NCBI GenBank assembly: GCA_000092065.1
Contig: CP000600.1
Source of the DNA: Ostreococcus lucimarinus
Lineage: Eukaryota
DNA: 64,000 bases
Strand: one strand, 5' to 3'
Both the position numbers and the translations under genes were made by a program. Under the pieces are notes generated by a model. It was not told the DNA's origin, ran no database searches, and saw only the letters and a list, made by a program, of their open reading frames with translations. Below are positions 50,838 through 61,204 of the stretch, one piece after another; the stretch's first letter is position 1; each line of letters starts with the position of its first letter.

Positions 50838-51644
50838 TCATTCCGTCTTCGTCTTTCCCCGCGTCGACTCGCGCGTCGGAAACGTGACCACAGCCAAAAC
50901 ACTCGCCGTGACTATTATGACGCACCCGACGATCATTAAAAGCAACCCGTACTCCGACGATGAATTCGAAATCGCCTTCTCGACGTGCTTACGCGCAGCC
51001 TTGAGCCCTTCTCGCGAAAACGCGCGTCGAGCCGCCGCGTAATCCGCCGTCAACACGTGCGTCATCTTATCCGTCTTCGAGTACAACCGCACCATCGCCA
51101 ACGCGATCGCGCTCGTTATTCTCGCGAATTTCTTCTGAATGTACGTCAACGGCACCGGGACGTCGTGCTCGGCGCCCTCCGTCCCGAACGTCTCCGTCGC
51201 GAACCTTCGCGCGCTGTCCCCGTCCTCCTCCGGCGTCACCTCTCGCGCGTACGCCTTGCCCCCGCGCAGCAGACACCAGCTCGGTGTTCTCTTCACCACG
51301 AATCTAAACCGATCGTACGTCTCCGGGGACTCTCGCGCGTCGATCGTCGCCGCGACGACGCCGTCGTCCAGGAGCGCGTCCTTCGCCAGCGCCAAAGCCC
51401 TCTCCGCGCGCGCGCCTCTGGGACCGTCGCCGTCGGTGAACAGCACCAGCCACGTCCCCGCGGTCTGCCCGCTCGACGCTTGCGTTTCGCGCTCGAACGA
51501 GGCGTCGTCCAGGCGAGGAAGGCCGCGAAGGGTGGGGACGACGGCGAGCGCGCGGGACGCCGACGCGAGGACGAAGACGACGGCGAGGGCGACGCGCGAC
51601 GCGCGACGGCGGCGCGCGCGGAACGTCGTCGTCGTCACCGTCAT
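50838..51644 (-). CDS. Hypothetical membrane protein with a possible thioredoxin-like fold (signal peptide, C-terminal TM)
   Basis: ATG at 51644 (MTVTTTTF...). Hydrophobic leader RVALAVVFVLASASRALA. C-terminal TM helix GLLLMIVGCVIIVTASVLAVV. No CxxC. Confidence 0.4.
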   Translation of the reverse strand: MTVTTTTFRARRRRASRVALAVVFVLASASRALAVVPTLRGLPRLDDASFERETQASSGQTAGTWLVLFTDGDGPRGARAERALALAKDALLDDGVVAATIDARESPETYDRFRFVVKRTPSWCLLRGGKAYAREVTPEEDGDSARRFATETFGTEGAEHDVPVPLTYIQKKFARITSAIALAMVRLYSKTDKMTHVLTADYAAARRAFSREGLKAARKHVEKAISNSSSEYGLLLMIVGCVIIVTASVLAVVTFPTRESTRGKTKTE

Positions 51645-51809
51645 GGACGCGTCGCGCGCGCGAGACGTCGTCACCGCGCGCCGGAGCGCGGATCTGTGAC
51701 GCGTCTCGCGCGCGAGACGTCTCGCGCGCGTCCGCGCCGAGATATTTTTAGAGACGTCTGATATTGCATGTTGTACTTCTCGTGTCGATCGCCGCGAACG
51801 AGCGCGCGA

Positions 51810-51826
51810 TCACTCACTCGCCCGGT

Positions 51827-51857
<31 letters not shown>

Positions 51858-52394
51858 GTCGACCTCCTTGCCGAACCACTTGGCCACCATCGGCGTCAGC
51901 GCCACCGTCGGCCCGAACCTAATCGGCGAACTCGCCTTATGCGCCGCGTACGCCAGCGCGAACGTCCCGAACTGTTCGCTCGTCGCGTTCACGCTGATCC
52001 CAATCTTATCCAACAGGCTCGCCACGTCCACCCCGCCCGCGACGAGAAAATAAAACACCGTGATCGAAATCAAGCTCAGCGAAATCGACGTCGCCAGATA
52101 CGCCGACCCGTACCGCTTGAGCAATTTCTTCGCCATGTCCATGCGCGACGTCCCGAGCTCTTCCGCGCCCTCGCTCGCGCCCTCGCCCGTCTCCGTCCCT
52201 CCCGCCGCGCCGCCGCCGTTCTTGAACACCTTCCACAGCCCCGCCTCGAGTCCCCACTTTCGCGTCGTCGCGTCGATCTCTCGCTCCTTCGCGTTCTTCG
52301 CCTTCGCCCGCGTCGTCGTCGTCGTTCGCGCCGTCGCGCGTCGCCGTCGCGTCGCGCGTCGCGCGCGCTTCGCCGTTCGCGTCGCGTCGTCCAT
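51810..52394 (-). CDS. DUF1279/FAM210-family mitochondrial membrane protein
   Basis: C-terminal LLKRYGSAYLATSISLSLISITVFYFLVAGGVDVASLLDKIGISVN matches the FAM210/DUF1279 core. Start at an in-frame ATG (MDDATRTAKR...). The rest of the 649-aa track ORF is antisense to MurE and was discarded. Confidence 0.6.
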
Positions 52395-52397
52395 CGC

Positions 52398-52436
<39 letters not shown>

Positions 52437-52632
52437 GATTCGCGTCGTCGCGATTCGCGTCGTCGCGCGCGTCGTCGCGCGTCGCGATCGCGCGCCGTTC
52501 GCGACGGGCGCGATTCTCGCGCGGTGCATCGCGCGCGCGGCGTCGCGCGCGCGGCGCAATCGCGACGCCGCGGATCGCGACGACGCGCATCGCGACGACG
52601 CGATTGCGCCGGACGATGCATAAAACAATACG

Positions 52633-52677
52633 CGCACTGTTTGCGCACACGTATGTAGACACCGAATGTCCGAATAC
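52633..52677. promoter_or_regulatory. Second copy of the CGCACTGTTTGCGCACACG + CCGAATGTCCGAAT motif pair (DUF1279/MurE divergent promoter)
   Basis: Exact 19-mer and 14-mer shared with 30123–30165. Confidence 0.35.
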
Positions 52678-52802
52678 ACACCTTTCATATAATAACCACA
52701 CAAACACCGATCGAGCAAACCCAGCCCGACGCCGCGTCGGATTCGCCAACCGCCGGCGGCGGCGCGCGATCGCACACGACGCCGCGCCGCGCGGACGCCG
52801 CG

Positions 52803-54941
52803 ATGTCGCGCGTCTCGAGCGCGACGCGCCGATGCGTCGCGCGACGCCCGTCCGCGGCGACGCTCGGACGCGCGACGGGACGACCGCGCGCGACGACGCG
52901 ACGACGGACGACGCGCGGTTGCCCTCGCGAGGACGCGCGAGGACGCGCGACGCGCGCGCGAGCGACGACGCGGGACGCGCGCGCGAGCGACGACGACGAG
53001 GGATGCGACGACGACGCGCGCGACGACGTCGGGACGGGCGCGGCGCGCGCGCACGCGGAGATCGGGCGCGAGGAGGATGAGGAGGGCGACGCGGAGGCGC
53101 TGCTGCGAGAGATTTTCGAAGACGCGGGCGTCGACGCGAGGTGGATCGCGCTGGAGGACGACGAGGACGTGGAGATATCGGGAATAGCGAACGATGTGAA
53201 CGCGCTGTTGAGCGGGGATCTGTTCGTGTGCGGGTCGGCGCGAGAGGGAGGGGCGATGGAGGACGCGGCGAGGGAAGCCGTGGCGGCGGGCGCGGTGGCG
53301 GTGGTTTCGGAACGCGCGATCGAGGGGTTGGCGGATGTCCCGATCGCCGTGGTCGAGGACGTGGACGAGGCGTTGGCGGATATCGCGAGAGTGTTTTACG
53401 GCGATCCGTCCAAGGCGCTGACGGCGATCGCGCTGACGGGGAGCGTGGGGAAGACGACGACGTCGTACCTCGTGAAAGCCGTCTTCGAGGAGGCGGATAT
53501 TCGCATGGGGCTCGTCGGGTCGAATGGGAATTACGTCGGCGATGAACTCAAGCTCACGGCGCAGGGTGGGGTGTGGGAGAGCGATGAAGAAGACACCACG
53601 CGCGGTCGCACGAGCACGGCGCCGGGGTGGTTGGCACCGTATCGAGGCAAGTACGAATTCGAAGAGCGCGGTTCGGACGCGCTTCAGTTTCAGCAACTCA
53701 CCGCGGGCATCGCCGATAACGGCGCGCAGGCGGCGGTGATGGAGGTGAGCGCGGAACAAGTGCGGCGAAAGGCGACGCGTGGGATGAACTTTGACATCGT
53801 CGCACTGACGTCACCGCTCGAAGGCCCGGACGCGATGAGCGATCGGCGTAAGGATTATCGAGGGTTGGACGCTGAGTACTCGTCGCACGTCGCCGAGGTC
53901 TTCAAAGCGCTCGAAGACGCCGAGACGCAGCGAGCGGTGATCAACGTGGATGCGATTGATGACAACGATAAGACCCCTTATCACGAGTTATGCAAAGAAC
54001 ACGCCAAGGGCGTTCCTCAGTTGACGTATTCTGTGGATCCCGAAAACCCGAACGGGGCGGACGTTTACCCCGCGCGCGTCGACTATTCCCTCTTCGAGAC
54101 GGCGGTGTCGCTGAGCACGCCCGCTGGCAACGTCGAGGTCGTCGTCGGTCTCGTGGGTGAGCATATGGTCAACGCGATCTGTTGCGCTACCGCGATAGGT
54201 CTCGCGGCGGAAATTCCCCTCGACGTCATCGCCGCCGGATTGGAGGCGACGGATTCGATTCCAGGGCGCATGGAGCTCGTGGACGCGGGTCAAGATTTTT
54301 CGGTGTTGGTGGATAGCGCGAACACTCCCGAAGCGATCAGAAGTGTGATTGATAGCGTCAAAGCGACGAATTGTAGGCGAGTCATCACCGTCATCGGTTG
54401 TGAGGGCGAAATGGCGGAGAGCGAACGAGGGCAGCGCGCCGTCATCGGTAAGACGGTGCACGACCATTCGGACGTCGTCTTCGTCACGAACGATTCCCCC
54501 AAGGCTGAGGACCCGTACAAAATCCTTGAAGACATCTGCGCTGGATTTAGAGACGAAATTTATTCCAAGCCCGGCATGGAGGACGAGGCGCTGTTCCCAT
54601 TCTTGAAGGACATGTACGAGGTGCACGAAAACGCCCAATACGAGTGCATGCGGCTTCAAAACTTAGTTCGTAGATACGTCATGGTGGACCGGTACCACGC
54701 CATTCGCGCCGCCATCGGTATGGCGGAGCGCGATGACGTGGTGCTCATCATAGGTCGCGGCGCGAAGGATTACTTTGTCGTCGGTCGCGAGAAGCATTGG
54801 TTCGACGACGTCGTCGAGGCTCGAGACGCGCTTCAGAAAATCGGCGCCATTCAGGACAGCGGCGTCGACACCCACAACCTTCCGTGGATGTCCCTCGCCG
54901 CTCGAGCCACCAATCCGGGCGCGGGTAACTTACTCGGATAA
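52803..54941 (+). CDS. murE: MurE-like Mur ligase (UDP-MurNAc-tripeptide synthetase homolog), organelle-targeted
   Basis: Mur ligase N, central and C domains: GDLFVCGSAREGG...GAVAVVSE...VPIAVVEDVDEALADIARVFYGDPSKALTAIALTGSVGKTTTSYL.... The MurE-specific DNPR motif region is conserved as VFVTNDSPKAEDPYKILEDICAG (E. coli: [22 protein letters not shown]). An R/T/A-rich ~90-aa leader precedes it. ATG at 52803. Confidence 0.8.
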   Translation: MSRVSSATRRCVARRPSAATLGRATGRPRATTRRRTTRGCPREDARGRATRARATTRDARASDDDEGCDDDARDDVGTGAARAHAEIGREEDEEGDAEALLREIFEDAGVDARWIALEDDEDVEISGIANDVNALLSGDLFVCGSAREGGAMEDAAREAVAAGAVAVVSERAIEGLADVPIAVVEDVDEALADIARVFYGDPSKALTAIALTGSVGKTTTSYLVKAVFEEADIRMGLVGSNGNYVGDELKLTAQGGVWESDEEDTTRGRTSTAPGWLAPYRGKYEFEERGSDALQFQQLTAGIADNGAQAAVMEVSAEQVRRKATRGMNFDIVALTSPLEGPDAMSDRRKDYRGLDAEYSSHVAEVFKALEDAETQRAVINVDAIDDNDKTPYHELCKEHAKGVPQLTYSVDPENPNGADVYPARVDYSLFETAVSLSTPAGNVEVVVGLVGEHMVNAICCATAIGLAAEIPLDVIAAGLEATDSIPGRMELVDAGQDFSVLVDSANTPEAIRSVIDSVKATNCRRVITVIGCEGEMAESERGQRAVIGKTVHDHSDVVFVTNDSPKAEDPYKILEDICAGFRDEIYSKPGMEDEALFPFLKDMYEVHENAQYECMRLQNLVRRYVMVDRYHAIRAAIGMAERDDVVLIIGRGAKDYFVVGREKHWFDDVVEARDALQKIGAIQDSGVDTHNLPWMSLAARATNPGAGNLLG

Positions 54942-54943
54942 CC

Positions 54944-55015
54944 GCGCCGTCGCGCCGTCGCGCCGTCGCGCCGTCGCGCCGTCGCGCCGTCGCGCCGTCG
55001 CGCGCGCGCGCGCGC
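54944..55015. repeat. (CGCCGTCG)~7 octamer tandem repeat followed by a (CG)n run, immediately 3' of the MurE stop
   Basis: Seen directly in the sequence. Confidence 0.85.
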
Positions 55016-55090
55016 GTCTCGACGTCTCGACATCTGTATCACACGACGCGACGCCGCTAGCTTGTCACCGACATCGCGCACCCTCACCGT

Positions 55091-55351
55091 CTACTCGTCC
55101 TCCGCGAACAGCTCGTTCGCCTTTCGCATCACCGCCGCGACGTTTTCCCTGATGCACGCGCGCTCCTCCGCCAGTTTCGTCACCCGTCGTTCCATCGCGT
55201 CGCGCAGCTTTGCCCCGCTCGCGCGCGCGCGTCGCGCGTCCTCGCCCGCGCGCGCGCACGCGTCCGCCATCTCGCGCGTCGCGCGTTCGCACGCGTCCGC
55301 GAGCGCCGCGCGCGTCGCTCGCTCGCTCGCGTCGTCGTCGTCGTCGCGCAT
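55091..55351 (-). CDS. Possible small coiled-coil protein (86 aa), hypothetical
   Basis: ATG-initiated ORF MRDDDDDASERATRAALADACERATREMADACARAGEDARRARASGAKLRDAMERRVTKLAEERACIRENVAAVMRKANELFAEDE. It starts with the inverted copy of the same ATGCGCGACGACGACGACGACGCG motif that begins the divergent ankyrin gene. Weak support. Confidence 0.25.
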   Translation of the reverse strand: MRDDDDDASERATRAALADACERATREMADACARAGEDARRARASGAKLRDAMERRVTKLAEERACIRENVAAVMRKANELFAEDE

Positions 55352-55422
55352 CGCGTCGCCGTGTCGCGTCTCGGACGTCTCGGACGTCGCCGCGACACTT
55401 CGCGACGCCGACGCCGCGCGCG

Positions 55423-56931
55423 ATGCGCGACGACGACGACGACGCGATGCGCGACGACGCGACGGCGACGCGGTCGACGACGGCGACGACGGGACGCGCG
55501 TGCGCGCGCGCGCGCGACCTCGCGGACGCCGCGCGAAAGGGGTGCCGAGAATGCTACGCGCGTCTGCATCGCGACGAGTACGGATCGCCGCCGTGGAGGC
55601 GCGACGACGACGCGATGCGCGACGACGACGAGGAGACGTACCTGGGATACAGTCTGCGCGGCGTGCGAGAGGCGCTGCAGACGCTGGTGGACGCGACGAC
55701 GATGAAGGACGTCGAGAGGGAACGCGACGACGACGACGCGAAGGCGCGCGCGTCGATCGAGCGCGAGACGCGGCGATCGTTCGCGCTTTGGATTCTTGAG
55801 TTCATGACCGAGCGAGAGTACGAGTGGAAACACATAAACGCGCGAGATTTTCCGAGTCTTGAAGATGGGTTCCGCGTGCTGCGGGAGATTCGATATTTGA
55901 TTTGGAAAATCGGCGACGTCGAGATTCTGCGGGCGGCGGCGAACGTCCGAGAGAGCCATCCCGGGACGGGCGCGCCTCTGGGGGACGGTTTGAGAAATCT
56001 GGACATGTTCGATCACTCAAACTTTGTGATTGCATATTTCCATGTTCCCGTTGAGATCTATCGATTCTATCACGAAGAAATGCCATCGTTGGTGCCAGAT
56101 TTGGAAGATCGGAAAAAATGCAAAGTCTTAGCGACGCAAGGCGGATTGTATCGGAAAAACATGAGCGAATGGTGGTGCGTTGTCGATTATCTTCTCGCGA
56201 TAGGTTACGAGTGGCCCGTGGAAACGATGGCGAAACTTGTTCATTGGCACAGAAAGTTTGACGACACCGAGAAGAAGGCGCTCGAAGATTACAAAGCGGC
56301 CGGGTGCCCGTATCATCCCCGCGTAGTTCGCGAGGCGGCAAAGCAAGGAAGTCTGGATGCTCTCAAGTGGCTGCGTGAGAAAAATGCGCCTTTCGACAAG
56401 TACGCGGTGAGCTGGGCGGCGAATTCCGGGCAAGTGGAGACGCTTAAGTATCTTGTGCAAGAAATCAAGGTCAAACCGGATCCGATGATGTGCGCGCGAG
56501 CGGCCGAGGCGGGCGAGTTGACCGCTTTGCAGACATTGCACGAAGCCGGCGTTCCGTGGGATAAGCGATGTATAATCGCCGCGGCGAAGGAGAAAAAATC
56601 CAAGAAGAAGCGCAAGCGCGAGGAATGGAGTTCGTGGAATAAGCTCGGTCGCATTCGATGTCTGCAATTCGCGCTCGCCTACGGCTGTCCGGGCGCCGAA
56701 GACGCGCTCGCCCTCTCCGACCAAATCTCGGAGAACACCCGCATCTACCTTCGCCAAGTCGTCCGATGCCCCGGCATCAACCACTGGTTCTTCCGAATCA
56801 GCCGCATCCTCGGCAAAACGGTGCAAACCAAGATGCCCGCCGCGGAGCGAACCGTCCTCGAAGTCTGCACCAACGAGCTCCGACTTCGACAACTGAATTT
56901 CGAGAGCGACGCCTTCGCCGGCATCGTTTAG
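55423..56931 (+). CDS. Ankyrin-repeat-containing protein (hypothetical)
   Basis: Three ~33-aa repeats: AAKQGSLDALKWLREKNAPFD / AANSGQVETLKYLVQEIKVKPD / AAEAGELTALQTLHEAGVPWD. The N-terminal domain is unrecognised. Start at the first ATG of the MRDDDDDAMRDD leader. Confidence 0.45.
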   Translation: MRDDDDDAMRDDATATRSTTATTGRACARARDLADAARKGCRECYARLHRDEYGSPPWRRDDDAMRDDDEETYLGYSLRGVREALQTLVDATTMKDVERERDDDDAKARASIERETRRSFALWILEFMTEREYEWKHINARDFPSLEDGFRVLREIRYLIWKIGDVEILRAAANVRESHPGTGAPLGDGLRNLDMFDHSNFVIAYFHVPVEIYRFYHEEMPSLVPDLEDRKKCKVLATQGGLYRKNMSEWWCVVDYLLAIGYEWPVETMAKLVHWHRKFDDTEKKALEDYKAAGCPYHPRVVREAAKQGSLDALKWLREKNAPFDKYAVSWAANSGQVETLKYLVQEIKVKPDPMMCARAAEAGELTALQTLHEAGVPWDKRCIIAAAKEKKSKKKRKREEWSSWNKLGRIRCLQFALAYGCPGAEDALALSDQISENTRIYLRQVVRCPGINHWFFRISRILGKTVQTKMPAAERTVLEVCTNELRLRQLNFESDAFAGIV

Positions 56932-57112
56932 ATCGACGCGCGCGCGAGCGACGCCACACGATACATTTTTCACCGCGATCCACGACCCTGTGACCCTATC
57001 GCGACGCCGATTCCAAAAATCCAATCGCTTCGCGACGACGTCGCCTTCGCCGCTCGCCTTCGCCGCCCTCTCGTCCACCCTCTTCGCCCGCAGACGCCCG
57101 CGCGCGCGCATC

Positions 57113-58838
57113 ATGCTCGCCAGGCGCGCCCGAAACGTCCGCGCCCTCGCGCACCGCGCGCTGTTCGCGCGCGCGAACGCCTCCGCGGCGTCCGCGGCCG
57201 ACGCGGCGCCGATCTGGACCGGCGACGACGACGATCGGGCGTCGGACGCGACGAACGTTTGGACGCGTCACGGCGCGCCGGAGGCGCGATCGTTCGCGCA
57301 TCGCGGGATATTGGCCGGCGATGACACCAAGGTGAGCGCTCAGCGCGCGCGCGGCGCGGAGGTGGACGAACGAGGCGAGAGGAGGGCGCGCGGAGGCGAG
57401 AAGAGGGCGATCCGCGGGGGGTTTCGAGGACGCGCGAGGCGGGGACGGCGCGAGGCGACGACGCGAGAGAGAGAGCGCGGCGAGGAGAGAGGGATGGTGA
57501 CTGACGATGGAGGCGTGAATGAATTTGTAGGTGACCACGCTCGCGAACGGGCTTCGCGTGGCGACGGAGGCGGTTCCGTACGCGGAGACGGCGACGGTGG
57601 GCGTCTGGATCGACGCCGGGTCTCGATACGAGGACGCGCAGACAAACGGAACGGCGCACTTCCTGGAGCACATGGCGTTTAAGGGCACGAAGACGCGATC
57701 TGCATCGGGATTGGAAGAAGAGATCGAGAACATGGGTGGTCACTTGAACGCGTACACGAGCCGAGAGCAGACGACGTATTACGCCAAGGTTTTCAAAAAG
57801 GACGTCGGCGCGGCGGTGGACATTTTGAGCGACATCTTGCAAAACTCTGCGTTGGAGAACGCGCAAATCGAGCGTGAGCGCGGCGTGATTCTTCGTGAGA
57901 TGGAAGAAGTTGAAAAGGACATCGAAGAAGTGCTCTTCGACCACTTGCATGCGACGGCTTTTCAGCAAACGTCCCTCGGGACGACGATTCTCGGATCGGA
58001 CAAGTGCGTGCGCTCGGTGACGCAAGAAGACTTGCAAACGTACATCAAGACCCACTACACCGCCCCGCGCATGGTCGTTGTTGGCACCGGTGCGGTTGAT
58101 CACGATGAGCTCGTCAAGCTCGCCGAAAAGGCTTTCGCCAGCCTCCCGACGGAGGGTGCGAGCACCAACGCGCTCGTCGCCAAGAACCCGGGACACTTCA
58201 CCGGTAGCGAGGTGCGCATCCGCGATGACGACATGACCACGGTGAACTTCGCCGTGGCGTTCAAGGGCGCGTCTTGGACGTCTCCCGATGCCGTCCCGCT
58301 CATGGTCATGCAAGCCATGCTCGGGAGCTGGGATAAGCAAGCCATCGGCGCGGATGACATGATGTCCCCGCTCGCGCAAGCGTTCTCCGCCAACAAGCTC
58401 GGTAACTCGTTCATGGCGTTCAACACCAACTACGCCGACACCGGTTTGTTCGGTGTGCACGTTTCGAGCGATAACATCGACGGTCTCGACGATACCGCGT
58501 TCGCGGTGATGAGAGAGTTCCAAAACCTCATCTATTGCCCGGAGGAGAATGACTTGTTGCGCGCCAAGGAAGCGCTCAAGTCGTCCTTGTTGTTGCACTC
58601 TGAATCCGGCACCAGCGCGGTGGCGGAAGAAGTTGGTCGTCAACTTTTGACGTACGGCAAACGCATGTCGCGCGCCGAATTGTTCGCGCGCATCGACGAC
58701 GTCAACATCGAAACCGTCAAGTCTGTCGCGTGGAAGTACATTCGCGACCAAGAACTCGCGATCGCCGCCATCGGCCCGACTCAGTTCTTGCCCGACTACC
58801 TGTGGTTCCGCACGTCCACCTACAACAACTTCTATTAG
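57113..58838 (+). CDS. MPPB: Mitochondrial processing peptidase beta subunit (M16), two exons: 57113–57331 and 57531–58838
   Basis: Exon 1 MLARRARNVRALAHRALFARANASAASAADAAPIWTG...RGILAGDDTK is presequence-like and ends at AAG|GTGAGC. The 199-nt intron ends ...tttgtag|. Exon 2 begins VTTLANGLRVATEAVPYAETATVGVWIDAGSRYE...HFLEHMAFKGT (inverted zinc motif HxxEH). Phase 0 on both sides. The junction recreates the conserved ...TxVTTLxNGLRVAxE N-terminus. Confidence 0.8.
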
Positions 58839-58948
58839 CTTTAAAGCGACTTTTTAATCGACGTCAAACACATGTATAGCTACTCGGCGACCCACCGCGT
58901 ATTTTCTTTTCGCTACGAATATGATTACAACTAGGGCGAACTACGTCG

Positions 58949-59401
58949 TCAGTGATGGTCATCGTCGTCGTGTTCAAAGTGCGGTGCGTGACCGTAAATC
59001 AACGTGTCACCGTCGTGATAAAATCTATAGAACACCCAAAACCACATCACCGCGCCGAATCCGGTGCCCAACGCCTTGTGCGCGAAGGACGCGTCGTGCA
59101 GCGTCACGCCCTCGTGCGTCACCCCGCCACCTCCGCTCGCTGCGCGTCGTAAAACCAACGAGTGCGATGTCAGTCGATGGATGCTGGTGTCATGCGTGTT
59201 TCGCGCGCTTTCGCTCGATACGCGCGCGCGTGGATGCGACGCGACGTTGGAGCGCGCGCGCGCGTCGAACGATCACGAGCGCGACGACGACGCGTCTGTT
59301 GACGCACCGAAACCGCGCGACGCCCCTGAGGCGGGGCGCATCGGTTGAGCTAATCGTAATCTCGCGCCGAGACGCAACAGAGCACCGCGCGCGGCGGACA
59401 T
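58949..59401 (-). CDS. NDUFB2: Complex I subunit NDUFB2 (AGGG)-like; probable two exons (59401–59308 and 59139–58949)
   Basis: Exon 2 ...SGGGGVTHEGVTLHDASFAHKALGTGFGAVMWFWVFYRFYHDGDTLIYGHAPHFEHDD parallels human NDUFB2 AGGG...[33 protein letters not shown]. Exon 1 MSAARGALLRLGARLRLAQPMRPASGASRGF ends at G|GTGCGT. The acceptor is ttttacgacgcgcag|CG. The track start is TTG. Confidence 0.5.
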
Positions 59402-59553
59402 CGTGCGCGGAAGACGGTCGTTGGGCGACGCGTTGTGAGGTTTAGCGCGCCGGCGCAAAGACGTCGAGGCGAAGACGTCGAGGCGAGAACGCTGGCGGGC
59501 ACGCGCCGTCGTAGAGGACAACATAAAGCTACGTATGAATCGGTAGGTTTGAA

Positions 59554-61038
59554 TTACACCGCGCTGGCGGCGAGCATGGCGCGCGCCTCTTTGAAAATCA
59601 AACGCGTCAAGAGCAAACCGGCGCACAAATCTGCGACGTAGAGCATGTAAAACACGTGATTCCAATCGTCCGAAAAAGATGTAATGAAGCCGGTGAGCAT
59701 GGGACCGATGGCGGCACCGATAGATCCCGTACCGTCGATGATCGCGGTCACGGTCGCGAGCGCTCGGGAGTTACCCTTTAAGCTTTCGTGCGTACCCAAA
59801 TCCGCGCTCACCGCGGTGGTGATGAGGGCGTACGGGCCATTGACGAGCATACCGCTGAGAGCCATGAGACCGAGGTTCATGGACATCGATCGTGACCCGA
59901 ACTCGCGATACATGTACAGCACGGGGATGGATAAGTACACGAAACCGGCCGCAGTCATCGATCGCGCGTTGTACTTGTCGCTGACGTATCCGGCTAAAAT
60001 CCCGCCCAAAATCCCGCCGAGATCAAAGACGATGCTCAATTCACCCGCCTTCGCCGCGCTCAGATAATTCCCCGCGATTTCAGTGCGTTCGATGTAAAAC
60101 GGCAGCCAGTACAAGAACGTGTACGCGACAAGCTTGGTGAAGAATAGGCAGAGCGAAAACGTAATCACGCCGGGAATTTTGAGCGCCGCGACGAAACCCA
60201 CCGCTTTTTCGCGCTCCGTGCCTCGCGAGGAGCCACCTTCGATCAACCTACGCCGCGCCATGGACTCTTCATCGAACTCATCCAACGCAGTCGCCGAAGA
60301 CGACGACGTCGGGGCGTTCGCCGGGGGCAGCCCGACGTCTTCCGGAGCGACGACGAGAAAGTTCCAAACCAACATCCCCGTCACCATCATCAACACCCCA
60401 GGAATGATAAAACTCATCCCCCAGTTCGAATTCCGAAGCGCAGAAGCGGCCAAAATGCTCCCGAGCATGTTCCCCACCGACGTGTGCGCGTTCCACACGC
60501 CCATGATCAACCCTCTCTTACCCTTACCGAACCAGTTCCCCATGACGCTCACCACCGACGGCCATCCCGTCGATTGCATCACTCCCGCCACCATTTGCAC
60601 CGCGACGTAATACCAAACGCTGTGCACGTTCCAATAATACCCCATCCCGAACATCGACACCCAAAACCCACTCATCAGCATCCCAAACGTCAAAAACTTT
60701 CTCAAATCCATCCTATCGCCGATGTGTCCGCTGAAAAACATCCCCACGCTGTAGCTCGCCAAAAACGCGAAATCGCACGTCCCGATCACCGTCGTCCCGT
60801 CCTCGCCGTCGAACGGCGCCCATCCCCGCGCGCCCATCTTCACGCTCTCCTCGTCCGGGTGCAACACGCTCTTCACGATGCTCGGCGGCTTTCTCGACGC
60901 GTGATACATCGCGTACGCCGCGAACGTCACCGCCAGCACCAAGCTCCGATGTTGGCTCGCCGTCAGCGGTCGTCGCCGTCTGTTCAGATACGCCCGGATC
61001 CCCGGCGCGACGCGCTTCGCGTTCGCCGCCGAATCCAT
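59554..61038 (-). CDS. MFS organophosphate:Pi antiporter (glycerol-3-phosphate transporter / G3Pp family)
   Basis: 12-TM MFS pattern. ...[56 protein letters not shown] is diagnostic of the GlpT/UhpC/G3Pp family. Start at the first ATG (MDSAANAK...). Confidence 0.75.
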   Translation of the reverse strand: MDSAANAKRVAPGIRAYLNRRRRPLTASQHRSLVLAVTFAAYAMYHASRKPPSIVKSVLHPDEESVKMGARGWAPFDGEDGTTVIGTCDFAFLASYSVGMFFSGHIGDRMDLRKFLTFGMLMSGFWVSMFGMGYYWNVHSVWYYVAVQMVAGVMQSTGWPSVVSVMGNWFGKGKRGLIMGVWNAHTSVGNMLGSILAASALRNSNWGMSFIIPGVLMMVTGMLVWNFLVVAPEDVGLPPANAPTSSSSATALDEFDEESMARRRLIEGGSSRGTEREKAVGFVAALKIPGVITFSLCLFFTKLVAYTFLYWLPFYIERTEIAGNYLSAAKAGELSIVFDLGGILGGILAGYVSDKYNARSMTAAGFVYLSIPVLYMYREFGSRSMSMNLGLMALSGMLVNGPYALITTAVSADLGTHESLKGNSRALATVTAIIDGTGSIGAAIGPMLTGFITSFSDDWNHVFYMLYVADLCAGLLLTRLIFKEARAMLAASAV

Positions 61039-61173
61039 CCCGCGTCGTCGATTTAAATCTCCAATCGCGCGCGCCTCCTCGTCGCTCTCCTCGTCGCTCG
61101 TCGCCGTCGCGCCGTCGCGCGCGTCGTCGCTCGAGTCCGAGCTCGCGCCGTCGCGCGCGCGCGCGTCGTCGCG

Positions 61174-61204
<31 letters not shown>

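Noticed and set aside
52395-53759. Upstream 450 aa of the minus ORF 51810–53759
   Set aside because: It is antisense to MurE and R-rich junk. Only the DUF1279 C-terminal portion (51810–52394) is credible.
54944-55015. Regular octamer repeat considered as a CRISPR-like array
   Set aside because: The units are 8 bp with no spacers in a eukaryotic context. It is a simple tandem microsatellite.
56128-58751. Minus-strand ORFs 56128–57114 and 57111–58751
   Set aside because: They are antisense to the ankyrin and MPP-beta genes. Their R/H/V-rich composition has no recognisable domains.
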